A stretch of 64,000 nt of DNA from Protoeuglena noctilucae (Eukaryota): contig OY253670.1 of NCBI GenBank assembly GCA_958009085.1, forward strand, positions 1,178,001-1,242,000, given 5' to 3'. The notes under the pieces are model-generated. The model had not been told where the DNA came from, ran no database searches, and saw only the letters and a program-made list of their open reading frames with translations. The position numbers and the translations under genes were made by a program. Below are positions 38,201 through 50,585 of this stretch, one piece after another; position 1 is the first letter of the stretch, and each line of letters opens with the position of its first letter.

Positions 38201-39239
38201 TCACATACGCTACCCTGTCCCACCTCGTTCCTTATCCCTTTGTCGACCTGTCTGCCCTCAGGAGGACCAGGAGGCGCCTCTCCGGGCCATGAGCGACCAG
38301 ATGTCCCACCTCCCGTCCCTGCGGACCTTCGACCTGGGTGCCAGTGCCGGTGCCAGTGCGGGTGCCAGTGGCGCAGGAAGCGCCGCGGCAGACGGAGCCC
38401 CGCCCCCGCCCCCGCCGCCGCCCGATGCTCCTGCCACCGATGGCCTCGGTGAAGCTGCGGACCCTGCGCCTGGGGAGGACCGCGCGGCAGGGAAGCCGAC
38501 CCCAGGGGCTGCGGAGGATGGGGCTGATGGGGCGGATAAGGCCACTGAGGCTGATCAAGTCGATGAGGGCGTGGCCGCTGTGGGGGAGAATCGCTCTGAG
38601 GGCCTCGAGGCAGCAGCCACGTCTGCGGCGGCAGAGAGGGCAGAGACAGCAGAGTGTGCGGAAAGGGAGGGGGAGGCCTCCATGCCAGCCTTGGAGAGTG
38701 CGGGTGGCGAGGGCGAGGGTGAGGGCGGCGATGAGCGGGGGAGTGGGGTGGGCGAGGGCGGTGTGGCGTTGGAGAGCGGGGGTGGCGAGGACAGGCCTCA
38801 TGAAGGTGGTGAGGGTGGGGAGGTTGCTAAGGACGATGAGCAAGCAGACCGGCAGTCCCCGTCGTCGCCGGAGCGTGCGGCGGAGGGAGATGGTGACAGC
38901 AGCCCAGCGCCGCACCCAACAGCCCTGCGGGGGAGCGGGAGCGAGGGTGCAGGGAGGGCCGAGGGCGGGTCGGTGGGGTCCTCCCATGGGCCGGAGGCGG
39001 GCCCGCGGTGGCGCGAGGGTAGCGAGGTGCGCCGGGACTGGCGCCCCGAGGAGGGCGACGGGCGGCCGGGGTGGGCCGACTCCGATGACGAGGGCGAGGC
39101 GGTGGCGAGGGGCCGGCCGATGGCTCTGGAGGACGTGCTGGGGGAGGGGCTGCCGAGAGAGGAGGGTGGGGAGCTGGGGGACGTGGAGGCGGAGGCGGAG
39201 AGGCTCATGGAGGAGCACAGGAGGGCGGGGAAGAAGTAG
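35215..39239 (+). CDS. WW-domain/IQ-motif protein with tandem CEP164-like N-terminal modules
   Basis: Two LGID...LP.xW...HPL modules, a third WW (WGEF...YYFNYQTNEVSWHHP), IQ motifs IQ|AAFKGFRYRK, IQRRWRGHVARR and LQCWWRGVLARR, and an acidic tail. Confidence 0.75.
36155..36267. repeat. Imperfect ~52-bp intronic tandem repeat that includes the 5' splice site
   Basis: tgccaaggtgacacac...ctcacttgat...ccctcgcc at 36155 and 36207, with a partial third unit at 36258. Confidence 0.85.
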
Positions 39240-39531
39240 AGGGTGGTGGGGGTGGGGAGGGGTGAGGGTAGGGGTGTACGATGATTGCAGTGGGTGGGGT
39301 GGATGCATGGGGCACGCATAGAGCATAGAACATAGCAGAGTTTCGTAGATCCATTAGACGCGCTTTCAAATCGATGCAGACATGCAGCCGAGCGTGACAT
39401 GCGCCGGCACAGCGGTGGTCGCCGTGCTAGACACCTCAAGCGCTCCCCCGGCCTTTGCTTTCTAAGCAAGACACAGCCGCTCCACGCAGCACCATTTCAT
39501 TTCAACAATCTCGCCCCTCCCAGCCCAACCT

Positions 39532-42500
39532 TCACTCCCCCCTTGCCTTCTTCCCACCCTGCCCCTCCCCGTTGGCATCCTCCGCCCCATCCGCACCCCG
39601 CCCCCGCTTTCCAGCCCCGCCAGACCCCTCCCCCTCCGCCCCATCCGCCCCCGCCTCCGCTGCCCCATTCCCACCACCACCCTGCGCCCCACCCTGCACC
39701 GCACCGCCTCCATCGCCCGCCCCCGGCCCAGCCACACCCTCGGCCACCTCCCCAGGGCCACCCTGCACAGCCATCTGCCCACCCTGCACCATCCCACCAT
39801 GCGCCGACATCTGCCCTCCCTGCACCATCCCACCCTGCACCATCCCCTGCCCTCCCTGCATCACCCCACCCTGCATGGCCATCTGCCCCCAGGCATTGGC
39901 CGCCGCCATGGCCGCGAATGTCTGCCCGTAGTTCTCCGTCTCCCACTGCGACTGCAGACCACTGACGATGCCCTGCAGCTGCACCAGGTTGCCCACCGAC
40001 ACGACGTCGCTCTCCGGAGGCGCCTGGTCCTGCGAGGGGTGAGGGAGAGATGCGGGAGATGGTACGGATGACGGTGGATAGCATTGCTTTCCACTGTGAG
40101 AGACGAGGCCACATGCAAGGATCTAAGGAGCACAGAGCCGTAGCGGACCAACCCTGTCCACACCCTCGCCTGCAAACCCCTAAACAACCGCCTCATACCC
40201 TACCTGCACCCACCCTGCCACCCCATCTCTCCCCTCCTGGAACTATCCGCACCCTCATCGCACTCGTCTCGCCCCTCACCTGCATCCTGACGCCCTCCTT
40301 CTCTGGCCAGTCCTCGGCCCACGCCTCGTTGCGCACCAGCCGCAGCTCCCTCGGCCCCCTCATGAGCTGCTCGAACGCCGGCCGCAGCTCATTGCAGTTC
40401 GCGAACAGGTCGGCCCTGCCCACGATGTACAGGCCGAGGCGCGCGCGTGACAGCGCCACCACCAACCGCCGCACGTCACGCAGGTGCCCCACCGTCTTGG
40501 ACCGGACCAGCGACAGGATGACGTAGTCGTTCTGCTGGCCCTGGTACTTGTCCACCGTCACCACCTGGGGGTGGTTCGACAGGGGAGAGGGGTGTCTTAA
40601 AGAGGAGGTCAGGAGAGCGTCGTCGTGTGTCATGGGTGGAGTGCGGAAGCTGTTCAGTAACCAACCCATATCGCACCCGCATGAGCGCAGTGCCCTGCCA
40701 TCTGCCCAATTGCCGTCACTACACCCCAGTCACTCTGCACCCCACATCCCGCACCTTGTGTGGCCTGCCGTAGGCGGGGTGGTTGGCGCACCGCCTCTCC
40801 ACCACATCCCGTATCAGCGCGCGCTGCCCGTTGTAGGTGGTGAGGATGGAGATGCGCTTGGCGGGGTATCCCAGCAGCCGCATGTACATGTACAGGGCCA
40901 CGGCATACTCGGCCTCTCCCAGGTTCTGCAAGGCAGGGTGGGTAGGCGGTGGGTGATGATGAGTGATGAGAGAGTGGATGATAGACATGGGTGATGGGGG
41001 ATGATGTGTCATGTGTGATTGGTGGGCGAAGGGGTGCCAAAGCAGCAGCACAGGGAGTGGCCTCTCCGTGCAGCTTCCGCCAAAGACAGTGCGACGGAAA
41101 GGTGCTGGTCCACTGCAACCATCGCAAAGGATGGGACAGCACTCCATAGCACACCCCGCGCCTCTCTCCCAACACACCCACACACCTGGAAGAAGTAGGG
41201 CATGGGCTCGGTCTCCCCCACCCCATCCACGTCGGGCACATTGATGAGCTGGTGGGTGAGGGCGAGGCCGGGGTTGGCGGCGGTGAACCAGGGCAGGGTG
41301 GAGACGTGGTCGAGGTTGCGCAGGGTGCGGTATCGCCAGGTGTAGAGGTCGGCGATGGCGGGGCGGGAGCGGCCCTGGGCGTCGAGCTGGAGGTAGGGCA
41401 CCCCCAGGCGCACGAAGCGGGTGAAGAGGGACTGGTCCATGCGGGCGTACTTCTGTGTGTGTGTGGGAGAGAGGGTTGCGGTGGGAGGTGAGGAGAGTGG
41501 GAATTGCATGTGACAGGTAGGCAGAGATACATTGGTGGGTTGCACAGGGCGTGTGGGTCAGGAATACATAAGTGTGATCATGTGACGACACGCATCGGCA
41601 CGCCATCGACACTTATCACCACCCCTCACCTGGATGGCCATGTTCTGCACCACGGGCGGCAGCTGGTTGTGGTCCCCGATCAGCACGACTCTCTTCAGCC
41701 GGGACTTGCCCTCCTGGCTGGGCTGCAGGAGCATGGGAATGAATGTCTCCACCTCCAGCACCTGGGAATGGGGGGTGGTGAGGTGAGGTGAGGTGAGGTG
41801 AGGTGAGGTGAGGTGAGGTGTACCGGGAGTGGTGCATTGAGGGAGGTGAGGTGGGGGACGGTGAGGGGTGTGCAGCATGTGTACGCTGTTATGGTGCGTG
41901 GGAGGGTTGGGGCACTGCCACCCTCCCTCACCTACACAGCCCACCCAACATTTTTCACCACCCCGACCCCGCACTGCCACCAAACCTCACCTCACCCCCA
42001 CTGCCCCACCCCATCTCACCTGCGCTGCCTCCTCCATAATCAAATCGTCATACTGCAGACCCATTTACATCACACCCCCCCACCCCCTCGCCTGCGCCGC
42101 TTCCTCCATGATCAGGTTGTCGTACTGCAGCCCCATGCGGATGAAGTCGTGGCGCTTCAGGGCCGCGTGGGTGCACGTCATGGCCACGATCTTGGCCTGC
42201 TTGGTGGTCAAGTAGTTGACGCGGTCGCGCTGGCTCTTGAGCAGCTCGAACGGTCGCGTCTCCTCCAGTTCCTGGAACATGGCGCGCAAGTGACGGAAGC
42301 AACGCTGGGGTGGGTTGGGGGAGGGGGTGATGAGGGTAAGGGTAGGGGCTGACTGGGTGGGTGGGTGTGAGGGAGTAATGAGGTGGGGCCGATGGGCAGC
42401 GAATGGGACGCAGTACTAAGAACGGCGTTCGACTTGTTGACCCACCATGTGTTCATCCGCTCTTGCACCCACCCGTACCACCCACACCCCACCGCTCTTA

Positions 42501-45500
42501 CTCCCACCCCACTCCGCAAATCATCCTCACCTCTGCCGCCCTCATGTCCTCCTCGTGGCTCGTCCCCGGGAACAGCGGCTGCGGCGCGTCCTCAAAGTAC
42601 TTCCCAAAGGGGAACAAGTCACGCACGTAACCGCTATACCCATCCGCCCCATCTGCACCACCACCACTTCCCTTCCCCGCCGCCCCCTCCCCCCGCGCCC
42701 TCTTGCACGCGTGGGTGAACTTCTCCCACCGCGCGAGGACGTGCAGCAGCCAGAAGTGCCCCGCCGTCTCACAGGAGTACGCCATGTCGATTGGCGCCCC
42801 CAGCGCGGCCGCCAGCCGTTCCACCTGCCCCAGCAGCTCCAGCCGCCGCGCGAGCATCGCGTTGACCCGGCCCGCCCGGCTGAAGTCGAGATCCGTGTCC
42901 AGCTCCTCCTCGCCCATGCCCAAGCGCAGCAGGTACCTGGCGGGGACGTCCCTCTCCACGATCTTCTGGAAGAGATCATTCAGGGCCTGGTTGGAGTGGG
43001 CGACCAGCAGCGTGCGCTCCGTCGGGCACGTGTGGTAGAGGCAGTTGATGATCTGGGTCGCCGTGTCGGTCTTGCCGGTCCCGGGGGGGCCCACCACCAC
43101 CGTCAGGCCCGGCTGCACCCCGGACCGAATCACCTCCACCTGTGAGGGGTGGCAAGGGTGGTTTACACGAGTCGTGGGAATGCTATGATAGCGGTGATGA
43201 TGATGCATGTGAATGGCATTCATCTTGTACTGAAGCCATACATACGAAGACGCGCACCCACAACCACCCGGCAACACCACGCACCCACCACACCCCTGCC
43301 ACACACCCCCTGTGATGTTACACACCCCCACCCCACCCCCGCTGAGCTCGCCTGCATGGGCGTGAACCGCACCGGGTTCCTGCGCACGTGGTCTTGCGGG
43401 TAAGGCCCCGGGTCGGGGGGGCGGTAGGCCTCCACCACAATCTGAGGCGCGGGGCCGTCCCCGATGGGCCCTCCCGCGATGTCCTCCCCCACCACCGCCG
43501 GGTTGGGCCCGTCGCTCTCCGGGAATGTGATGCGGTACGGCGGGCGGGGCAGGGCGTCGACGTCCGCACCCGCAACCACACCCTGGGCCGCGCCGGGCGC
43601 TTGGTTTGAGAACGTGACGTGATATCCCGGGAACGAGTCGATAACGTGCTTTGCGTCCAGGAAGGTGTCCACGAAGTCCACGGTGCGCACGCGGCCCTCC
43701 ATGTGGCGGTAAGAGGCAGCGCCTGGGTCGCCGTAGCTGGGGGCGAGGGGGGTGGGTGGGGTGAGATGAGGGGGTGGGGTGCGTGGCGCGGGGTGGCATG
43801 GGTGAGGTGGGGCGGGTGAGGGGGGTGAGGGGGGTGGGGTGGTGGGGTGGGTGAGGGGGGTGAGGAGGGTGAGGTGGGAAAGGTGGGGTGAATGAGATGG
43901 GGTGAGGAGGGTGGCGTGGGTGAGGAGGGTGAGGAGGGTGGGGTTGGTGAGGTGGGTGGCAGTGTTGAGTCAGCTGCGTCTGGTTCGCAGCATCCGCTAC
44001 CAGCAATCCACAACGCCGCCCTGCCCCTCACCCCAGGAAGATATCGTGGAGCCAGGCGGGCAGCACGCACTCCTCGTTCATCAGGTCCCGGATGCTACGC
44101 AGCACGGACGCCCAGTTGTTCTCCTTCGCGTGCCTCCGGACGAGGAGGTTGAAGGTGGAGTAGACGTCCTCTGCGCCCTGCTCGGCAACCCTGGGAGTGG
44201 TGAGGGCGGGGTGCTGGTGAGGTTGGGGTGGTGTAGGGGTGGCAGATGCGGTCGTGAGGCGGAGAGGCAGTGAGATAGCCACTCATCTGGTACTGCACTG
44301 ACAGCCACTGCACAGACAGCCACTGCACAACCAGCCACTGCAGACATATTCACTCGCCTGTCCACGTCCATCTGGTACTGCGCCGTGTCGAGCTGCACGG
44401 TGATGGACCGCAGCGTGCCCACGGGCGGCTTGCGCTCGTCAGGCCGCACGCGCCCGGTGAAGTCGTTCATCAGGTTGCCCGCCTCGTCGCGCACCTCCAC
44501 CACCTCGCAGCCCCGCACCGCCGCCAGCCCCAGCTGCTGCGCCCGGGCGAGCAGCTCCGCCACGTCCGACTGGGTCCGCCTCGCCGCCTCCGCCGCCAAT
44601 GCCAGCTCCTGGGCCCTCGCGGCAGACGGCACGCGAACGGACAGGAGGAACATCGTCTCGAACTGCCGCATCTCGTGGTCCCACTCCCGCTTGATCTCCG
44701 GCCTGCGGGAGGGAGGAGGAAGAAAGCAGGGCTCAGGGGGGCGCGAGCGGCTGTCTTAGGGTGCCTGTGCCCACTGCACCATCTGCGATCCACAATCGGG
44801 ACCCCACCAGGGGCCAGCAACAGCGGCCAGCGTCAACTGCAGGCTGTTCATCCACCCCATCCACCCGCTCGCCTGAACGCTCCCAGGTCGACCTTGACGA
44901 CCGCGATGACCGAGGAGGGCTTGTTCTCTCCCACGGCCGGGCGGGCGACCTCGGTGATGGCGAAGTGGCGCAGGGGGCAGGCCATGCGCGCCCACCCCGT
45001 GAACCCCGTGCGGCCGCTGGGGTCCCTCTGGGGCCTCATGCGCGCCAGGGCGTCCATGATATCGTCCCGTATCTCGTACGTCGACTCCAACCGGAAGAGC
45101 TGAAAGTTGCGGAGGAGGTAGTCGTGGTAGCTGAGGAACTGCAGGTTGAGCTTGGGGAGCGCCAGGCACGTCTCGCCCGTCCAGTGGGTGGACGGGACCT
45201 GCTTCTCGTCGAACAGCACCGCCTCGGTGGGGTAGAGGGGCATCTGGTTGACCTGCTCTCTGTGAGGAGTGGGATTGGTGGGAGTGGGGTGGGTGCAGGC
45301 ATAAACGCAGGTGGGTTTGCGGGCAGAAGTTGCACTGGGCGGCACGTGGGCGACAGCTGCGACTGCACATCTGACACCGCAACTGCACATGTGACCCCGA
45401 GCCAAGCATGAGACGACAGCCAGCGCACGGGCCCACGACCAGCTCTCTGTTAACCCCGCCTCACTTGCGGGACGGCTTGTGCTCGAAGTGCCACAGGAGC

Positions 45501-47359
45501 ACTTCTCTGAGGAAATCGGCATCCGCGGCGTCCGGGTCGTCCTGGGAGAGGAGCCGCAGCTGGCGGCACGCGACGCGGGCGAGCTCGGCGGCCGGGAGGG
45601 GCGCGAGGTGGCGGGAGAGGGACTGGCGCGACGCGACGGCGCCGCAGTTGGCGAGGGCGAGGTCCTTGAGGGCCGGGATGTGGTAGAAGGCCAGGCGCTG
45701 GAACTGGCTAATGCGGTCGTAATGGTCCTGCACGCCCTCCTCCTCGGTCCTCGTCTCGCCTGCACGAAGCGGAAGGCGACGCAGCGATCGAGCGATCGAA
45801 TGGCGATGTGCACAGAGACGGCGTTGGCGGGGAAACCGACGGCGGCGACCGAGCGGCGATGTGCACACTGGGCGAGGCACTGGTGCCGAAAAGCAAGCGC
45901 GGGATCGCGCGGGGCTTCTCTCACCGGTGTGGTCGTCGATGTCGAACGCCAGGTAGAACTGCAGGAGGTCGGTGAGCTGCACGAAGAGCTCGCCGTCCGA
46001 CTGGGCGTACAGGCCGGCGCGCTTGCACCGCACCAGCACCGCCCGGTCCTCCATGAGCGCGTGGACGAAGCGGCGCGTGGGCAGCTGGCTCAGCAGATCG
46101 ATCGCGAGCTCCAGGAACCGCTCGCAGTAGCGCACGAGCCCCGCGCGCTGGGACCCCGCGCCGCCCTTCGTATCCGCCTCCGCCTCCGCCTCCGCGCCGT
46201 CCCCGTCCTCCGCCGGGGGCGCCTCGCTCGCCTTGCGCAGCGTGCCGAAGAAGTCCGAAAGGAGCCCCGGCAGGAACGTGGCCTCTAGGCGGTCCCAAAG
46301 GGCCACGTGCGTTTTGTTGTCCTTGGCTGCCTTGGCCTCCTTCTTGAGCAGCTTGGACCAGATCTTCGACAGCTGCGGCCGGCGGTGGAGCTCCAGCTGC
46401 AGGCGGCCGGGGGACTGCGGGCAGGGCAGGGGCGGGGAGGCGGCTGGTACCGTGCGGGGGCGGTGTGAGGGCGGCACGTGGGCCTAGGGCCCTGGTCTCA
46501 CGAGGTGGTGCCACAGGGGCAGGGAGACGAGCTTGAGTGCGCAGGGCCGGACGAGCTCGCTCTCCAGGCTCTGGAAGGCCACCACCAGGAACTGCAGGTG
46601 CTGCACGCGCTCAAACAGCGCCAGGGGGCGGTCGGGGTCGTCCCGCAGGCGCAGGACGCTCGAGAAGAAAGCCGGGAAAGCGTCGGCGTTCGCGACCTGC
46701 ATGGACTCCCAGGGAGAGACGCCCTCGCGGAACTTCTCGTTGCAGAGCGTGACGATGGACAGAACGTGCTCCGGGGACGCGTCCGGCGTGAAGTGCGGCC
46801 AGAGGTAGCGCTCCAGGTACTGGGACACCTCCAGGAGCATCACGCGCTTGCGGCGAGGCAGGTAACTGCTGCCGGCCTTCTGCGGAGAGGGAGGCTGCCA
46901 GGAGGTCACGCTGCCGGAGGTGCAGTCGCACACCTCCGCGAATCTGGAGGCACCGAAAGCGACCGGAAGCGTCCGCACAAGCCCCGTGCACCGCGAGCGG
47001 CCCTCACGTGTGGCGTAAGCTCCTCCCGGTAGATCTTCTGCACCAGTCCGTCGTCCAGTGCCGTTTCTGCCTTCCCCCGCCACTTCTCTTGGGCGATCTT
47101 CGTCAGCGGGTCGCGCTCGATCTCCTCCAGCGTCAGACGATACTTGCTGTACTGGCTACCGGCCCCCGCGCCCGTCGACGCCTCGATCTTCGGCTTTCCG
47201 CCGAAGTCGTCGTCGTCGCCACCCCGGCGCCGGCGGGGACCCCCGCCGCCCCTGTTGGGCTGGCCGGCGAACTGCGGGAGAGAAGCGTGAATACACAGGC
47301 TGAGGCGGTCAGACGTTTGAGCTCATGGCGCGCTGCCCGGGGAGGCCTTTCCCTACCAT
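39532..47359 (-). CDS. AQR: Aquarius (IBP160) intron-binding spliceosomal SF1 helicase
   Basis: [78 protein letters not shown] and [11 protein letters not shown]. About 15 introns, four of them GC-AG. Confidence 0.96.
41778..41820. repeat. (GTGAG)n microsatellite, read as (CTCAC)n on the AQR sense strand, just before an acceptor
   Basis: About 8.5 perfect pentamer units. Confidence 0.95.
42020..42136 (-). repeat. Diverged duplication of the last 45 nt of an AQR exon plus its donor site
   Basis: Copy 1 at 42136-42092 ([15 protein letters not shown]) and copy 2 at 42064-42020 ([15 protein letters not shown]); 37 of 45 nt identical; period 72 nt. Confidence 0.95.
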
Positions 47360-48093
47360 GGGGTGCCGGCCCCCAACTGTCGCTGTCTGCGAAGGCGATG
47401 CCTCCCACGCTCAGCAGCGCGTTGCGGAGCTGCGAAAGCGGGCGGAACATTACTCACCTGCGGGCGCACCATTCCCAATCGACTAGACGGACGCCCTCTG
47501 CGCCGGGCGTGGGCCGGCGGGGCCCCAGACGCGATGGAGGGACGCTAGCGATGGCACGGAGAGCACAGGCGGCAAACAATGCGCTGGTCTGATAAAAGTC
47601 CCGCCGCGCGCTCGCGGAGGGCCGAGAGCGGCCTGACTTTGGCCTTGGACGGCAGATGACGTGCCTGTCGTGGCGTCAAGCCCGTTCCAACGAGTTCATG
47701 CTGCTGATCGGCGACATCTTGTGGCTGCAGAGAAGTCCCGGGCCGGGAAACTGAGCGGGCGGGCTGGGCCATCTGGCGGGGGCGCGTCAGATGGGCCCCA
47801 TCGAGTCAAGGACGCCCTTCCGTAGCCAATGTCCACGCGGTGTAGCAAGTGGTTTGCGACGTCTCGAATGCAGGAGTTGGAGAAGCGCTTAAAGGCTTGG
47901 ATCTCAACGGCAGACAAAGTCCTTGAGCTCCGGCAGTTATTTAGTCGTGAGGACGCTCCCGCTGCATCTAGTCACACGTACGCAGGGTGCGGTGAACCAG
48001 ATCCAGGGGAGGAGGCCCTGCCTGCGGTGGCTTGGGGCGCGGCATCGTTTCCGGGTCCCCCGCCGGGGCTGAGGACCGGGGCGCGGGCGGAAG

Positions 48094-49417
48094 ATGTTTC
48101 GCAACCAGGTGCGTCATGATAGCTTGCGCAGGGGCCGTTAGGTGGCCGCGGGAGCAGCCGGCGCTGAAGTAGGCGCAGCGAAGTTGCCTGCATCGCGCGA
48201 GTCGCTTTCTGTCGCCGTCCGTCGGACAGGGGCCCATGCAAGCCTTGCCAGGGGTCAACGGAGGATCTAGATCTCGCGATAGGCTGCCGGAATTCCAGAT
48301 CGTCACCGCGATGGGCCACAAGCTCCTTGCTCGCAGTATGACACGGAGGTGAACACCTGGAGCCCCCAGGGGCGCCTCCACCAGGTGGAGTACGCGATGG
48401 AGGCTGTCAAGCAGGGATCGACGTGCGTGGGGCTCCGGAGCGACAAGCACGCGGTGCTCGTGGCCCTGAACGTGAGTGCAGCGCGACGGAGGGGCACCAG
48501 GGACCCACGCGCGCGCGGTCCCGACGGCGCGTTCTCCTCTTTGCTTGCAGAGGTCCCCCGCGGAACTGTCTTCGACCTACCGCAAGGTGCACGAGATCGA
48601 CCGGCACCTTGGCATCGCCGTGGCGGGCCTGGTCGCTGATGGCCGGATCCTCTCCCGCTTCATGCGAAACGAGACCATCAACCACAAGTTCGTCTTCGAG
48701 TCGCCCATGCCCGTGGGCCGCCTCGTGCGCCAGGTGGGCGAGAGGACGCAGCCGGGCTCGCTGGCGCCCCGTTTCTCGATCCACAGGCATGGTCGCATGG
48801 CCGGCCCGTGCTTTCGTACCCTCAGGTGGCGGACAAGCACCAGGAGTGCACGATGCGATCGTGGACGCGTCCCTACGGCGCGGGCCTCCTGGTCGCCGGG
48901 TACGACTCCAAAGGGCCCCACATCTTCCAGGTCCGAGGATGGCGGGTGTTCTTTGTTCCCAAGAACAAAGCCAGCGCCACTTTTCAAGCATTCCCCGACC
49001 CCGTGCCTGTCCCTGACGACCCCGCAGACCCAGCCTGATGCCAACTTCTTCGAGTGGCACGCGATTGCGATCGGGGCCCGGTCCCAGGCGGCCAAGACGT
49101 ACCTGGAGAAGAACTTTGAGTCCTTCGCGGGTCTGTCGTTAGACGACCTCATCGTCCACGGCCTGAAGGCCATTCAGGGGTCGGTGGCCGACGGGGAGCT
49201 CACCGCGGGGTCGTGCACGGTGGCCTGGGTCGGCGAGGGCCAGGACTTCACCATCGCCGAGGGGCCCAAGCTGGAGCCGTTCATCGCGCGAGTGCGGCAG
49301 GGGGAGCGGGAGGGCGCGGCGGCGGGGGAGGGCCAGGCGGAGGGGGGCGCGGCGGGGCAGGGCCCGGCTGCAGCGGAGGGTGGCGCCGACGAAGGGCAGC
49401 GCATGGACACAGACTGA
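48094..49417 (+). CDS. PSMA1: 20S proteasome subunit alpha type-1 (alpha6)
   Basis: [46 protein letters not shown] and [15 protein letters not shown]. Four introns. Confidence 0.96.
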
Positions 49418-49480
49418 CATGCCACAACTAGAGCATTCTTGGCGCGCGCCACTCTCGGTCCGTAGGATGCATGCTGGGTG

Positions 49481-50287
49481 TCAGCCGCGCCTATGGAGCA
49501 CGTGCTTGGTGAGCTTGAAGGGCTTGTTGCCGTCTTCGCAGAGCAGGTAGTGGTAGACCTCGCACGCATCCCCCTCGACATTCAGGACCGCGAACCTGGA
49601 AAGCAAGGCACGTCTTGCCCGTGTAACACTGGGCAGCCTCATGCAGGGCACTGCAGGCAGCCTCGCGCAGTGAGGGCGCGCACCCGGGATGCACGGATGA
49701 CCCGTCGTTTCCCAGCGAAGCGCACGCGGACCCCGGGCAGAGGACGCGGTTGTCGCCCTCGTCGAGGATCGAGAACTCCTCCTGATTGCCGCAAATGAGC
49801 AGCTGCGAGGAGGGGCGAGCTGTCGTTCGTGCCAGGACGCGCGAGCTCGCGCCGCTGCTCCACCGCAGGCCACTCACGTCCACCTTCATCTCGTTCTGCG
49901 CTTTCTTCAGGGCGCCCTTGTCGCCCCAAGGCACGATTTGGTGCCCGTGCAGGATGCCCACCGCCCAGTTCCCAATTTTCTTCGTGGCGGAGGGGTGGTA
50001 GGCGCCTGGAGGGTCGAAGTCGCCTTGTACGCACGTGACGTCGCTGCAGAGCGACCGGAGGAAAACCAGGACCTCGGGGCTGCACAGGTTCCCCGTGCAC
50101 AGCACCTGCTCGACCTTCCCGGGGCCCACGAGAGCCTTCACATTCTGCAAGCAGCGGGAACTTGGTGTCCTGCAACTGCTGCGCTGCACGTGACGTCGAG
50201 CACTTGGCGCTCGCGGCCACCCACGTCCGAAATCGACTGCGCCTTCTGCGGGACGAAGATGTCCCCGATGCAGAGCGCCAGGACCAT
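49481..50287 (-). CDS. VPS29: VPS29 retromer subunit (divergent)
   Basis: MVLALCIGD, PGKVEQVLCTGNLC, VQGDFD, HGHQIVPWGD and PGSA. Three introns. Confidence 0.85.
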
Positions 50288-50585
50288 GGCGCGCGGCAGA
50301 CGATGACCTCCGTATGCACCTGCGTGGATATATCGTCGCCCAGCGTGAGAAATCTCGATAAACGCGGTTCCTCCCGCCACGTCTGACCGTGTGGTCAAAC
50401 CCACCCGCCGTTCGCAGGGGCCAGGGTGCGTCGTGATCGCCATTCCCGTGACAGAGATCGTAGGCAGTTGCGACGGCTCGTGGAGCTAGAGCTGCCTTTT
50501 GGGAAGATTCGTGCCTGATAGGCCTGAGCGCAGTGCCATGACCGTCCCGCACTCGCGTATCATCAGGGGCTCTTAGGCGCGAAGG

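Noticed and set aside
42065..42067. TAA read as Gln (non-canonical code of some ulvophytes) to explain the in-frame stop in AQR
   Set aside because: TAA and TAG end genes normally here (SiR, PLMT, DNAL4), and no conserved exon contains an in-frame TAR codon.
47829..48119. 96-aa ORF overlapping the PSMA1 start in the AQR/PSMA1 divergent region
   Set aside because: No recognisable homology and weak GC3 bias; probably promoter or UTR sequence.
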